Source: Lama glama
Taxonomy: Eukaryota
DNA: 64,000 nt
Direction: 5' to 3'
Assembly: GCA_028534125.1 (NCBI GenBank)
Contig: CM052816.1
Coordinates: forward strand, 63,056,001 to 63,120,000
In this document: positions 26,681 through 39,560 of the stretch, piece after piece
Layout: every line of letters begins with the position of its first letter
How positions within the stretch are numbered: the stretch's first letter is position 1
The notes under the pieces: generated by a model
What the model was told of the DNA's origin: nothing
Databases searched by the model: none
The model's input: the letters and a program-made list of their open reading frames with translations, nothing else
Position numbers and translations under genes: made by a program

Positions 26681-27180
26681 NNNNNNNNNNNNNNNNNNNN
26701 NNNNNNNNNNNNNNNNNNNNNNNNNNNNNNNNNNNNNNNNNNNNNNNNNNNNNNNNNNNNNNNNNNNNNNNNNNNNNNNNNNNNNNNNNNNNNNNNNNNN
26801 NNNNNNNNNNNNNNNNNNNNNNNNNNNNNNNNNNNNNNNNNNNNNNNNNNNNNNNNNNNNNNNNNNNNNNNNNNNNNNNNNNNNNNNNNNNNNNNNNNNN
26901 NNNNNNNNNNNNNNNNNNNNNNNNNNNNNNNNNNNNNNNNNNNNNNNNNNNNNNNNNNNNNNNNNNNNNNNNNNNNNNNNNNNNNNNNNNNNNNNNNNNN
27001 NNNNNNNNNNNNNNNNNNNNNNNNNNNNNNNNNNNNNNNNNNNNNNNNNNNNNNNNNNNNNNNNNNNNNNNNNNNNNNNNNNNNNNNNNNNNNNNNNNNN
27101 NNNNNNNNNNNNNNNNNNNNNNNNNNNNNNNNNNNNNNNNNNNNNNNNNNNNNNNNNNNNNNNNNNNNNNNNNNNNNNNN
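26681..27180. other. Assembly gap (500 N)
   Basis: Run of exactly 500 n. Confidence 1.
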
Positions 27181-28455
27181 GCATGTCTGGTTATGTTACC
27201 TTTGGGACAATGTAATGAGGTTCACAGGGAAAGCGCTTTATTCTTGGTTTACAGATGAGGCAGACAAAATGAAATCTGAGGCAGCGAACTGTTATTATCA
27301 GGCAGTACTAGAACCCTGGATTATCAGTTCATAATAGACTTTACTGTTCATTTTAATGAGATATTTATATTTTATTCATATTATGCCACATAATTTAACT
27401 ATAGGAGAGCTTCACCGTTCATATTTAGGTTCCTAAAAAAAGGGCTAGTATTTGAAGATAATGCTCTCTACTTTCAAGTTGCCCAATATTTTTAATGCTT
27501 TTTTTTTTCTCATCTGTGTGTTCCAATTTTAAGCATCTGTGTGACCTGGTGCTTTGAGACAAGGCACAGACCATTAAATAGACTTGGATTTTGTATCACT
27601 CACAAACCCCTTCCAGCCCCTTTCTGCCTATTTCTTTATCCTGCAGGAAAGGCTGAGTACCTGGATTTTTCTCCACAGGAGCCCTGTATTTGGATTTTAG
27701 AGCATATGGATCATAACACCATGGTAAAAGAAAAACAGAGACTTACACAGATGACTCGGGCAATTCCAAGCCTCTTTGTTCCAATGAACAACAAATTCCT
27801 TTGGCGTGTTGCGTCAAAGAATTTGCTTTGCACCACCTTCATATCCTTTCCAGGAAATGTATGTGACTGAGAAGATCTCATCTGGAAAATCTAGAGCAAT
27901 CATACTAATTAGCAATAAAAAGGGGCTGGACCTGCTGATCCCAGAGTTTCTTTCAGCTTCAACAGCCTGGAATTTCAAATATTAACAAAGGCAGAATTTG
28001 ATCTCTAGATGACTGTGCTATGTTGATGTTGGGTAGAGAGCAAAAGGGCAGGAGGAAGGGACGGTTTGTATCTGTCCTCGACCTAAGGAAAGAGGGTAGT
28101 TTTCTGTTTATGTCTGTGAGAGAATGTCCTAGGGGATGTTTTGGAGCAGCAGCCAGAATATATTCACCTTTTACAAGATCTTGAAGGGGCTGCCTGGTTC
28201 ACTCATGTTTGTAACTTTATTTAGGAAGTGGGGTACTGGACGATCCTGTGTCCTCAATTTTGAGGCCTTGCTGCCAATTCCAGAACAATAGGAAAGTTTC
28301 AACTCAACACTCCTTACATTATAATACAGAATATCTATTCATCACTTCCTTTCTACTAATTGCATCAAGACTTTTACGTATTCTATTTCACTTCATCCAT
28401 ATGACAATATCATATGATAGGTTCTATTATTATTCTCATTTAAACAGTTAAACTC

Positions 28456-29250
28456 TGTAATGGACTTCTGTCATGTCTGATTGCACAAAGTATTTTTAAG
28501 AGCCGTCTCATTTTGTAATAATTCCATTCAGTTTAAGTCTTACTATCCCAATGAGCAAACTAACAAATGAAAACTCTGCTTTTAGAGACGAGTAAGCGGT
28601 TTAGATTCTACCCATCAGATGCACCCGTGAGAGACTTCATACAGAGCGGAGTCACATGGAGGAAAGGGGCATGGTGCTGAGTTTCCATTTTGCAGCAGAT
28701 ATTAAGAGAGAAACTGTCTTAGTCCCCTTGGGATACTGTGACAAAATACCACAGACTGGCTAGCTTATAAGCAACAGGAATGAGTTTGTTACAGTTATGG
28801 AGGCTAGAAGTCCAAGATCAGAGTGCCAGCATGGTCAGGGGAAGGCCCTCTTCCAGGCTGCAGACTTCTCATCATATCCTCACGTGGCAGAAGGGCGCGA
28901 AGCTTTCGTGACGTAAGCACCTCCCCAAAGCCCCAAGTCCTAATACCATCACTTTAGGGGTTAGAATTTGAACCTATGAATTTTAGGAGGACACACGCAT
29001 TCAGATAGATGGCTGCATCGAGGAAGTCTTAGTTACTGACGGAGATGGTAGCAGTGACCTGACGGCCACTTTCTGGTGATGGCAGAGGCAGCAGTTTCCT
29101 TCGTAGGCTGGTTCTGAGTTGTGGGTCTGGAAGTCCTCCCCAGAAGCTCAGCCTGGGGTCTGCCTCTCCAGCCTTACAAAGATTCTGTGGGCTCTGTCTC
29201 TTAATAAACAACTTTCTGCTTAAACCAGAAACACAGGATTTGTTGTCCCG
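28456..29250 (+). mobile_element. ERVL LTR (LTR33-like) interrupted by an MLT1A-like LTR
   Basis: tgtaatggacttctg start; cccatcagatgcacccgtgagagacttc; end ccagccttacaaagattctgtgggc...ttaataaacaactttctgcttaaacc. Confidence 0.65.
28715..29008 (-). mobile_element. MaLR LTR (MLT1A-like) with an internal deletion
   Basis: tgtcttagtcc...caaaataccacagactggctagcttataag...ggaggctagaagtccaagatc...tatgaattttaggaggacacac. Confidence 0.85.
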
Positions 29251-29559
29251 GGTCAGGGCAACAACAGAATCAACATTGCTTCTGTTCTTCATATATGAAG
29301 AAGGGAAAATTATAGACATTAATGTGCTTTATAAAGACAATTCTTAGAAAAATCTGAAAGTCAGGACTATCAATGGTTACAGTATTTCTCCATGACCCGT
29401 AGGTACATCCTTACCCTAAGAACATTGTATTGAAACGAGATGCTTGTGAGGGAAATATTTTAGATAATGTCAAGACTTGCTCTGGCTTCAAAATGTCATA
29501 TTTAAGATTTTGCTTTTGCATTGATATCATCAAATTTGTTTCACTGAAACATGGGATCA

Positions 29560-29760
29560 TGGGATGAAAAATCAAAAGGCCTGTTTGAGTTCTGAGACTG
29601 AATTTAGTAGCTTTGTGGTCTTAAGGCAAGTTTATTAACCACTTTGAGACTCAGATTCTTCATTATGAAATTGAGATAGTTATATTAGCACTATTTTCCA
29701 CTCAGACAAATTTTCTGGGAAGATCAAATAAAAATGTTTTGTGGGCAATGAAAGGTTAAT
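29560..29760 (+). mobile_element. MIR SINE
   Basis: tagtagctttgtggtcttaaggcaagt...gagactcagattcttcattatgaaattgagatag. Confidence 0.6.
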
Positions 29761-30694
29761 GTAAATAAAATAATTCTTATTATAGCTATGGTCTTTTGAA
29801 TAATCTCTGTGAGTAGCAAATGGTGGAAAATAAATGACTCTAAAAACCCAGACTATTAGGGAAAAAAAGGAAAGATCTTTTTAGGAAAGCATGGAGAACA
29901 AATGTATTTCTTTGCATACAAATGTCTTTTTTCTCTATTTATGTAAGGTTGATCAGAATATAGCAGCTCAGAATCCCAGGGGAGTCAAATACATTCCATC
30001 TACAGTTTTGGAAAGGATGGCCAGTTTTCTGAATGTTTTATTATCCATGAAAACTTCTTATTCCCCAAATATTATTTGTTCAGTCAAATCAGTAGAAGTT
30101 GACTAGAGGTTTCCAGGTCTCTGGAAAGATGCTAGGTAGTTGCTAAGTCAGGTCTATCTTCTGAAGATGGAACACAGGGCCTTGGCACTTGTGGTGTCTA
30201 GTGACAAAGGCCAAGGTCATCTCCATGGGAACTGCCTGTCTCCTGCCCTGACCTCCCTTCTTCAAAGGGTAGAGTAGATCTAATGGGTAAAAGAACCATG
30301 GATTCCTCTTGGGTATACTCTACCCAACCCCTTCCAATCTGTGCTTCAGGACTGTATCATTTTCCTGAGTGCAGAAATCAAAAGGGGCACATTTTTAGTA
30401 ATTTGCAGAGGTAGGAATGATTGATCAAGTTTGCTATCATGATTTTCAATTGTGTCCTATCTTCATTTTTGCATTCATTGTATGCATAGGATAAGCTGGT
30501 GATAATTATATTCACTGGAACCTAAGAGACCACTCCCCATGAGAAAAGCATTTGTGGTGGGAGAACAGGCTGCCCTTGCCAAGGGGCTGCTCTCGGCAGA
30601 GAGGATCACGGATCAGGTGGAGAGATGGCAGAAACCAGTGGGCACCCTCCAGTAATATCCTGAAATCTTCAGTAGAATAGCTCTTTTCACAATA

Positions 30695-31189
30695 CAGTGG
30701 CTCCTCCTTTACTGTGGTTTCACTTTCCATGGTTTCAATTACCTACAGTCAACCTTGGTCCAAAATATTCAATGGAAAATTCCAGAATTAAAACAAAATT
30801 GTTTTAAAAATTGGGTACTCTTCTGAGTGGTGTGATGAAATCTAGCACCTGCTCCCTTATGCCTGGGATGTGACTCATCCCTTTGTCCAGCATATCCTGC
30901 CCTTAGTCATTTAGTAGCCCTGTGGGTTATCAGATTGACTGTAGCAGTACTGCAGTGCTTGTGTGTAATTAACCCTTATTTTACTTGAAATGGCACCAAG
31001 GTGCGAAAGTAGTGATGCTGGCAATTCAGATGTTCTCTTATTGTGCCTAATTTATGAATTAAGCTTTATCATAGGTATGTATGTCTAGGAAAAAACATAG
31101 TATACACAGGGTGTGGTACTATCCATGATTTCAGACACCCACTGGAAATCTTGGACCGTATCCTCCCTGAGGACAAGAGAGGACCACTG
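30695..31189. mobile_element. TcMar-Tigger non-autonomous element (MER44B-like)
   Basis: Terminal inverted repeats cagtggctcctcctttactgtgg and cctgaggacaagagaggaccactg, preceded by TA; internal gtagtgatgctggcaattcagat and aagctttatcataggtatgtatgt. Confidence 0.85.
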
Positions 31190-31449
31190 TGTAGTGACTG
31201 TGATTGGCTTCCCTGAGAGTGCTGGAGAAAGGGCTGAAGATGCTGTGCAGCTGATGTGTTGCCTCATCAAGGTGACCCACATGAATGCTGGAGGGCAGTC
31301 AGAGAGCTTTGAGGAAGGGAAGCTGGAAATTTGGAGAAAGCTTTGGTGTTGGACTTGGAAATGGGCTGCAGACAAGGTTCATGAAGATTTCTGGGGGCAA
31401 AGAAGCTTGGTGGAAATGTACGTTCTGTTTATTAGAAACCCTTATTGTA

Positions 31450-31660
31450 ACTAGCACTTGGATTGCGCTCTGCAGCTTGCAAAGAGCTCTTAAATACATC
31501 AGATTTCATTTCATCCTCCCAAACAATCTGTGAAGAAACTATTTTGTTCCCATATTTCTTACAAGGGAACAAAGGCTAAGCTTTCTTGTTTAATTTGCTT
31601 ACACAGCAAGCAAAGTAAGCCCACACAGCAAGTGAATGGTGGAGCTGGGTCATGTGACTT
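31450..31660 (-). mobile_element. MIR SINE
   Basis: atttcatttcatcctcccaaacaatctgtgaag...cacacagcaagtgaatggtggagctggg. Confidence 0.6.
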
Positions 31661-33149
31661 TGGCTGGTGCCCAATCTTTATTACCCCAGCTGTCCTGCTG
31701 TTACATTGCGGATAATGGCAATGACTTTGTTTTTTATTAATTTTTTTTTAACATTACAAGGATTCTCATTTCACAGTAAGAAACTGAGGCTTGTTATGTC
31801 AGCTTTGAATTCTACCTTATAGTTCGAAGGTGAAAAGCTTAGATCCTTTACTCTTTTTCAGTTTTCTAGGCTGAAAAATGATATTATTGGAGCTTTTCTG
31901 TTATTTGTCAAATTATTTACATCAACACATGGAAACAACTCTCAGTTTAAAATGTCTCTTGTAATCTCTTGTTGCTCTCCCAAGAATGAATTCCTCTTTC
32001 ACAGTTGGTTGGCCTGTTTGTTATTGCAAAAGTCAAGCAGTTTGTGGAAAGCTAGTTATTCAAATAAAGGTGATTCTTTACTATAAGGGAAAAAATGCCA
32101 TTTTCAGAAGCATGAATTTAATTCAGTCTTAGGTTACTAGAGTCTCAAAAAGCCAGTTCAGTGATAGACTTGTAGACTTAGCTACTGTGTCAACTGGGTG
32201 ATGCTATGAAGGAAAATAAAATTCTGGTAAATAAGAAGAGAAGTTAAACAATTATAGAAAGAGAAGAATGGGATTTAATTCCTTAAAGACAATGATATAA
32301 ACTGAGAAGGAATCCTAGTTGGCTGTGTTGGGAGGAAAACCACTCGCTTGTCATGATGGACTGTCAGGAAACGAGGACATCTGTCTTTGAACATATGTAT
32401 AAATTGTGAAATTGCTGCTCCTCCGGGAGAGGTAACATTTTCAGCCTTAGCAGGGTTTTAAGTCATAATGTACCTAAACTCAACAGTCATATTTGTAAGA
32501 AAAAGTTTCAGTAGGGTTAAAGTTAAGGGAGAAAAGCAGGACATGGGACTCTGGACACTTAAAGGGACAGGGTAATAACATTCCTAGGGTGATAACAAGC
32601 ATTGTGGGGAGGGACCTGGTTCCTGATCTTCCTGAAGACAGTCCAGTAATACTCCTGCTCAATTTCTTATCTATCAAAGACAGACTTAATATCCTGCAAA
32701 CAAATTAAGAGGTAAAAAAATAGAGAACCTTTTATATTACTTGGGTGTCTGATATAGACAGTGTGGCCAGACAGGATGTGTAGCCTAGTTGATTAAAAGA
32801 GCTAATAAGGCCCCTAAGAATTATCTAGTCACAGTGAGCTTTGTCCCCTGGAAGAGCAGTGCCTGCCTTTGCAGAATTGTGCAGCAGACAACATTCATCT
32901 TGAGTTTTTCTTATTCTCACCTGCCTCTTCTGTCCCTGTGCCCGACCTTGCCAACACTTCCCATTTCCCTAGTGCTCAGCACATCCTCTGGCTCCCCAAG
33001 ACTGCACATTGGTGCCCCTCCTGGTGCTGCCCCTGGCTGTGTCCCTGCTCCGGTCCTTTCCTCTCTGCCTAACTTCTATTTAAACTCACATGTCCTTGGT
33101 CTCATGACCTCTGGACCCTGTTTTCTGTTGAATGAGGGTATCTAATGAC

Positions 33150-33340
33150 CCATGCTTTCCCAAACCGCACTGCTGGTGTTCCTCTGGATATTTGTTGATG
33201 CAACTTGAGGGGATAAAAAAAGAATTCCTTGGCAAAATAAATTTGTAAAATTCTGCATACTCTACTGCTGTTTTAAAGATTCTCAGGTTCTCATTGCAGT
33301 ATTAAAGGCTTGGTGAATCCTTTCAGAAATAAATCTTTGT
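33150..33340. mobile_element. hAT-Charlie MITE fragment (MER103-like)
   Basis: tttcccaaac...caaaataaatttg...gattctc...gtattaaaggct; a related copy lies at ~36370-36520. Confidence 0.4.
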
Positions 33341-35470
33341 GATGAGTTCAGTATGGAAGAGACTATTATAACAATACAAACTAAGGTGTAAATTTTTATC
33401 CTTCCCAGATGTTATATTTATTCTAAAATGAGTCTATAGGAAAAAAAATGCCTTGACCTTGAGGAATAACCCTAATTTTTGGAGTTTCAGGTGCTACAGC
33501 GAGTATTGATGGGCAGTATTCGGCATAAGGATCCTGGTGACACAATTCAAATTATTTTTGATTACTTTGGGTGACTCTCTGCTCTACTAAACTAAGCCAC
33601 AGTCTTAGGATAATTTGATTACTTCTGCTCCAATTGGAAAAAAACTGAGGTAAAATTTGGGTAGGATTAGGGATCTTGGTTTAGTAATTTCTTTGTATGT
33701 TGTATCCACATATTCTTTTGAGAAGTGAAATATTCTTTTCCCATCAGCCCACGTGCATAAGGTCACTCAACCTTATGTCGGGTGAGATTGTGTTCTTTTT
33801 CATTGTTGTTATAGGCACGTTGGGTCAGGAGCAGAGCTCTCTGGTAATGTGATCAGATGACTAAATTGCAATCCTCTTCCGCTCAGTCCTCTGCTAATGA
33901 AAATGCTTCTGCTTACCTGGGAACTGGGGTATTTTGGAAATGATATTTTAAAGTGCTTAAATTAAGAAGATGCTGTCTGGAAAGCCTCAAAATGAGGTCA
34001 CAGACCTGAAAGAAATGTATATCCCTAGGAATTTAGGCTGTCAAATGGAATCTGGAGAAAAAGTGCTATCAATTTTGTTTCCTTCCTCCCTTCCTCCCCT
34101 GTTTGACCAGAGCACAAGGTCTCTCCCTGTCTTTCTGTCTCATGCTCTCTGTCTGGATGCCAGCTCTTGTTTCCTGTTATATAGACATTCATTAGTTCTC
34201 CGGTTCATTAACATTTAAAATCAAACCTTCTCATCTTTGATTATGGCAATTAAGTTGTTAACTGTGACAGAAAAAATCTCCTATTTCCACCAGTTCAATC
34301 CATCAGATGGTTGAAATGGATATGTTTGGGAGCTTTTCTCTGCCTACATCTTCCCCTTTTCTTATTTTTGTTATGTATGAGTAGAGATAAGACTGTTTTC
34401 ACTAAGCCATTCTGTAAATCCAGCAGAGTGATGTCTGAAATGCAGCATTTGGGGAGTTCCACAGAAATCATTTGGACAGTTTTGTCAAACATACTTATTC
34501 AGTCATGCACTGCAAGATTCTACTGCTGACCATGGTAAATGCAAGAGCAGAAACCTGTTTTTGAAATCCCAAGCTTCTTAAGCATGCCACGTGTGTGTGC
34601 CTTTTAAAAATCTCTTACTAATGAAGAAATACCATTGATAATTTATATTAACTTTATATATATTTATTGTTTCTATGATTTATATCCCTCAGAATCAACG
34701 TGATGACTATTTCTTCTCAGAATACTACATGTCATGCTCATCATGGTCTAGAATTTCTAAAATGTCAAATCATTGTAGTGCTTCCTATAGTCAAATTATT
34801 TTAATTAGGAAACCAAGTCTCATTTCTGAACAAAAGGTAATTCTCATCCCCCTCATCTCCCTCAGAAGATAATTCTTGGTCTGTTCAGAGCAACTTTCAT
34901 TCGATTTAAGCATAATTTCATTGGCAGTGTTGACTATACTCTTTCTCCACCCACTTGGCTGGGCTTGAACAAGGATGGTGTCAGCAAAGGACTGGGAAGA
35001 GAAACAGCACTGAGAGTCATCCAAATGCTGCACCAGGGCAGTCTACAAAATCTTCAGGAGGATATGTTGTATTATCTCTCAGGCCTGGCAATTTTTCCCA
35101 TGTAGCAGTAATCACTAGTTGAAGATCTATGAATATGCTGTTTTATTTTTATTGACTATGATTATATCATGGGGAAAGTCAGTAGATCTGGACCACCCCA
35201 AGTAATTCATGACCTCCTAGGCTTAATAAAATCACCTCAGGACCACCCTGGGGTTCCACCCTTTGTGGATAAATTTGTCTCAAATTTCTTTCCTTTTACA
35301 GCTTCTGAAGGCAGGCCTGGGCGATGTGTTGTCATACCCCTACTTACTGATTAGTTCTTTTTCTAGTTGTTTTTCTAATATAATATGAGCAGCATTATGT
35401 GGGTGGCCCCCAAACTGGGGCAATTGAGAGCACTGCTTGTGGAGTAGGATCTCAGTAGGATCTCCTGCTC

Positions 35471-35535
35471 TGTGTGTGTGTGTGTGTGTGTGTGTCTGTG
35501 TGTGTCTGTGTCTGTGTCTGTGTATGTATGTATGC
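35471..35535. repeat. (TG)n microsatellite with TGTCTG and TATG variants
   Basis: Seen directly. Confidence 0.95.
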
Positions 35536-35608
35536 ATTTACTTAGCAGTGTTACTTAAAATTTAGTGCACAGACTGGCCTCCACTGGCTAGGAGCTGATT
35601 ATTACCAG

Positions 35609-35875
35609 TTTTTATTAGTTTAAAATATAGTTGATTTACAGTGTTGTATTAGTTTCTGGTGTACAGCATGGCGATTCATTTATACACACAAGTATATATA
35701 TGTGTTCCTTTTCATATTCTTTTCCATTATAGGCCATTACAAGATATTGAGTATAGTTCCCTGTGCTATACAGTAGGATCTTGTTGTTTATCTATTTTAT
35801 ATATAGTAGTTAGTATCTATAAATGCCAAACTCCCAATTTATCCCTCCCCACGCCCTTCTGTCCCCGCCTGGTAT
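35609..35875 (-). mobile_element. 5'-truncated artiodactyl L1 3' UTR
   Basis: Reverse complement resembles 10740-10990 (atagttgatttacagtgttgtattagtttctggtgtacagcat...atagttccctgtgctatacagtagg). Confidence 0.85.
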
Positions 35876-36095
35876 TTAGATGAACTTCAGATTTGTTTAT
35901 CCGTTTAGTGGATAAAAGAATGTAAATTGTCTTCTATCTCCTTCTCTATTTCCTGCCTATGTTTCCCAAAGTGTCCAGTAATTACTCATCTTAACACATT
36001 CTATTTTTACTAGTCTAATATTTTTCTTTTCCCCAATTGGATGAATTTCCTTCTAAAATGTACTACTCAATAGATACTATTTAAGAACAATAATT

Positions 36096-36260
36096 TTTTA
36101 TTGCTATATTCTGTTTACAATTTGTGTCAATTTCTGGTTTACAGCACAATTTTTCAGTCATACATGAATATACACATATTCATTTTCATATTTTTTCACC
36201 ACGAACTACTGCAAGATCTTGAATATATTTCTCTGTGCTATGCAGTATAAACTTGTTTAG
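36096..36260 (-). mobile_element. Very short 5'-truncated L1 3' end with a perfect 13-bp TSD
   Basis: L1 3' UTR motif caatttctggtttacagcac...ctgtgctatgcagtat; aagaacaataatt at both 36083-36095 and 36261-36273. Confidence 0.85.
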
Positions 36261-36604
36261 AAGAACAATAATTATTGAATGAAGCACTTCAAGTTTTGAT
36301 CCAGAGACTTCTAGTATTAGGAGCTATTAACATATATTCTACTGAAGAGTTTTATAAGATTAAACATATATGAGAAATAGCATATATTATATCCTCTCTT
36401 GGAGATTCACCATATAAAATATTATATTAAAGAATCTAGAAAGTCTTAACATGTAGAAACCTGTTTAGTTTGGTTCAGTCTTGCATTTACAAAACCTATT
36501 TGAGCACATACCTGTTTTTTCACTCTACCCTCTACTAACACCACACACAACAGCATTGCATGAAACAAATATAGAGGAATAATTATTCTATTATCTATTA
36601 CCAG

Positions 36605-36744
36605 AAGTAGTTTTGGAGTCAGAAAGAATAGCTCTGCCACCTACTAGCTGTGTTATTTGAGTTGCTTAACATTTCTATGCCTCAGTTTTCTTTTATGTAA
36701 AATGACGATTATATTACTGACTTCATAAGGTTAGCATAAAGACT
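36605..36744 (+). mobile_element. MIR, interrupted by MLT2 and resuming at ~37290-37390
   Basis: ttggagtcaga...gctctgccacctactagctgtg...gcctcagttttcttttatgtaaaatg. Confidence 0.75.
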
Positions 36745-36786
36745 ATTAATTAGGGTTCTCCAGAGAATCAGTAGGATGGGATGGGA

Positions 36787-36834
<48 letters not shown>

Positions 36835-37286
36835 TACACAAAGAGACAGAGAAAAGCAGAGAGACAGGGACAGAGATACCTGTTATAAGGATTTGGCTCA
36901 TAAATCATGGAGGCTGACAAATTCTAAGATCTGCAGTCAGCAAGCTGGAGACCCAGGAGAATCAATGTGTAGCTCCAGTCCAAAAGTGGGCAGACTTGAG
37001 ACCCAAAAAGAACCAGTGTTTCATTGAGTCTCAAAGCCACAAAAGACTGATGTCCCAGCTCAAAATAGTCAAGCAAGAGAAATTCCCTCTTACTCAGCCT
37101 TCTTGTTCTATTCCAGTCTTCAGTGATTCCATGAGATTCACGGACAGTAGGGAAGACAAAGTGCTTTACTCAGTCCACCAATTCAAATGCTGATCTCATG
37201 CAGAAACGCCCTTGTAGACACACCCAGAATTAAGTTTGACCAAAAGTACCCTGTGGCCAAGTTGTTACATAAAATTAATCATCACA
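36745..37286 (-). mobile_element. ERVL solo LTR (MLT2B-like) with an internal (TG)n
   Basis: ttagggttctccagagaa...catggaggctgacaaattctaagatctgcagtcagcaagctggagacccagg...cataaaattaatcatcaca. Confidence 0.88.
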
Positions 37287-37479
37287 ACCACCTAATGAGA
37301 AAATGTGGGTAAATGCTTCGCACAATGCCTGAAAGAGAGTCATTTGTGGGAGATGTCTGCTGTAACCATGGTCATCACCACCAGCATCATTGTCACTGTT
37401 ATCTTAAGAACTATTGAGTTTCTATTATCAGAATTTTTTTCCATTTCAAAAAAGAAACCTTTGGCTAATGAGGGAAGAA

Positions 37480-37720
37480 AGCTGGCAGATAAAAACTCCT
37501 CTTTTGTCCCTTGACTGGAAAGTTCTGAGGCTCATTTTACATAGCTCTTCAGATGATCTCCAGCGAGACAGAGTTCCCATAGTCCATAGCAGTGACTAAT
37601 ATGAAAACTCATCTTTGATTGACTTTCCTGCCTTTCCAATTACCAGTCCCAACTCCTATGCCTTGGGATCGTTTTCTAAAATAAACTCTCTCCTTGCAAG
37701 CTCTAGTCTCAGCTAAGACA
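37480..37720 (+). mobile_element. ERVL LTR16-like 3' portion
   Basis: Ends aaaataaactctctccttgcaagctctagtctcagctaagaca. Confidence 0.5.
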
Positions 37721-39449
37721 AATAGCAGAATGTCTAGAGAAGAATTAATGAACAATTTTTCCCCCTAGTTACAGTCACTGCGGTAAGGGTACAGAACATT
37801 TTATAGCACAACATGCTAAATGACTTCAGAGTATGAGAAAATCATTTTTCAAGTAGTGTTCAGTCTGAATTATGCTTTTCTAACAAAAATCATGGCAATC
37901 TTAAAAATCCTCTCAGAGCTGAGGAGAAAAAATTGGTGGACATAAAACCCAGGCTATTCACAGGCAGTTATAGCAGACCTATTTGTGAAAATGAGGAAGA
38001 GTTGCATTTACAGATTTTGTGTGGATCTGTGGTTTCTTGAATTGGTGTGTCTTTGAAGTGTGATCTTTGAATAATTGTGAAGAGATGCTGAACATTTTTA
38101 CATTGTCTGGATGAGCCCTGATCTAAGGCAGAGACCAGTCTGGCACAGACTGATGTGGCTTTGCATGGGGATGGCATCTGAAAACGAAAGATGATCAGTG
38201 AATTGCACACAACTTGAATAGCAACAGCAAAAGAGGACTAGGAAACCTGAAAAAAAAAAAAGCCACTAAAGATGCAGTCTTTTGCCAATGCTTTCATGAG
38301 GGGGTATTGGTAACAGAGGGCATCAGACTCACCGGCTGCACATTATTTTTTGCTGTGTGCATATTTAAGTTTTAGTTTAATTATTTAATAAAATAGGCAT
38401 AATTCACCCCAAACTATTGCTTTATTTTTTCTCAGTTGCTTTTTTTTTTTTAAAAGAGGCAAGCTAAAAGTAGCCTTCCAGATTTTGTTAAAATAGGTTT
38501 TGTTTAATAGCTGAACTGATAAGCCTTAAGTGACAATGGAGGTCATAAAACTGGCGCCTGGGGAACTAGTGGCCCCTTTCCGTGTAAAGCCTGGTCAGGC
38601 TTACTCCTGCTGCGATGAACACACAGTACACAGCAGTGAAGGAAAAAAGAGCACTACACAGGGCTCTTTTGTACCTGTTTTTGTGCTGTTCCAGAGGATA
38701 AGGAAACGTAGTACAATTTTTTCCTCAGGAGACGAGTGGTCTGTTGCATAGTTAAAAAGGAGCTGATCTGGGAGAGTTGGGCCGAGAGCAGTGGAACACA
38801 AATAGAGTTCATTTTTTAAGTGGCTGGAAGCTATCATTTTTCTGTTTAGACTCAGGTTTCTGAAATTGCTTATTTGTGTCTGAGGAGGACATAATGAATA
38901 AGGGAAAATAGGGATGAATAATAGGAAAAGGGATTTTTGAAGAAAAAGTGAAATTGGAGAAAAATGGAAATTTATTTAATGACCATAGTAATGCTGTTTT
39001 CTCTTTTTTAATAATCTTTCTCTGTTGTCTCCCCTTCTTCTTTTACTTCATAGTTTTCTTTTTTATTGCTAAATGCCTTCTTTCTCATCTCTTTAAGACT
39101 AGGACTGAATTAGGTTGTTCTGACGTACATGAAAAAACACTCAGCCACTTTGTGCCACAGTTTTGCATACGAATGTGTTTTCTAAACAGGGTGGGGAATC
39201 TTCTATCATATGATTTTAACAAATAATTTCAAATCCTTTCTAACTATTTGACTGCATGAATAGTACATGCCAGTGTAAAAAATATAGATGAAAAAATGAT
39301 CTGTGATAATGGTAATAATAACCTTGTTCAGAATTTTATTATTTATGTCTCTAGGCTGGAAGGTGATATATGGCGGTGAGGGTGCCGAGAGTGATTCACA
39401 GACTGTTTCCAAATTATTTGGAATAATTTAAAAAAATGTAACTTCCCAG

Positions 39450-39560
39450 TTCCTTCCCAAATCCCATTACATCAGAATTCCTCAAGGGTGGGTCTTGAGG
39501 GTATGCATTTTTAACAAGTGAAGCAGGAGTGATGTACACCGAAATTTAATCACCACTACT
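39450..39560. mobile_element. MER5-like MITE fragment
   Basis: atcagaattcctcaagggtgggtcttgagggtatgcatttttaacaag. Confidence 0.5.

Noticed and set aside
26615..27184. Long ORFs of 173-189 aa (also 42302-42863)
   Set aside because: Artefacts of translating the N gaps.
39355..39375. Possible 21-nt microexon (tag|GCTGGAAGGTGATATATGGCG|gtgagg)
   Set aside because: Such signal pairs are frequent by chance and the peptide is not recognisable.
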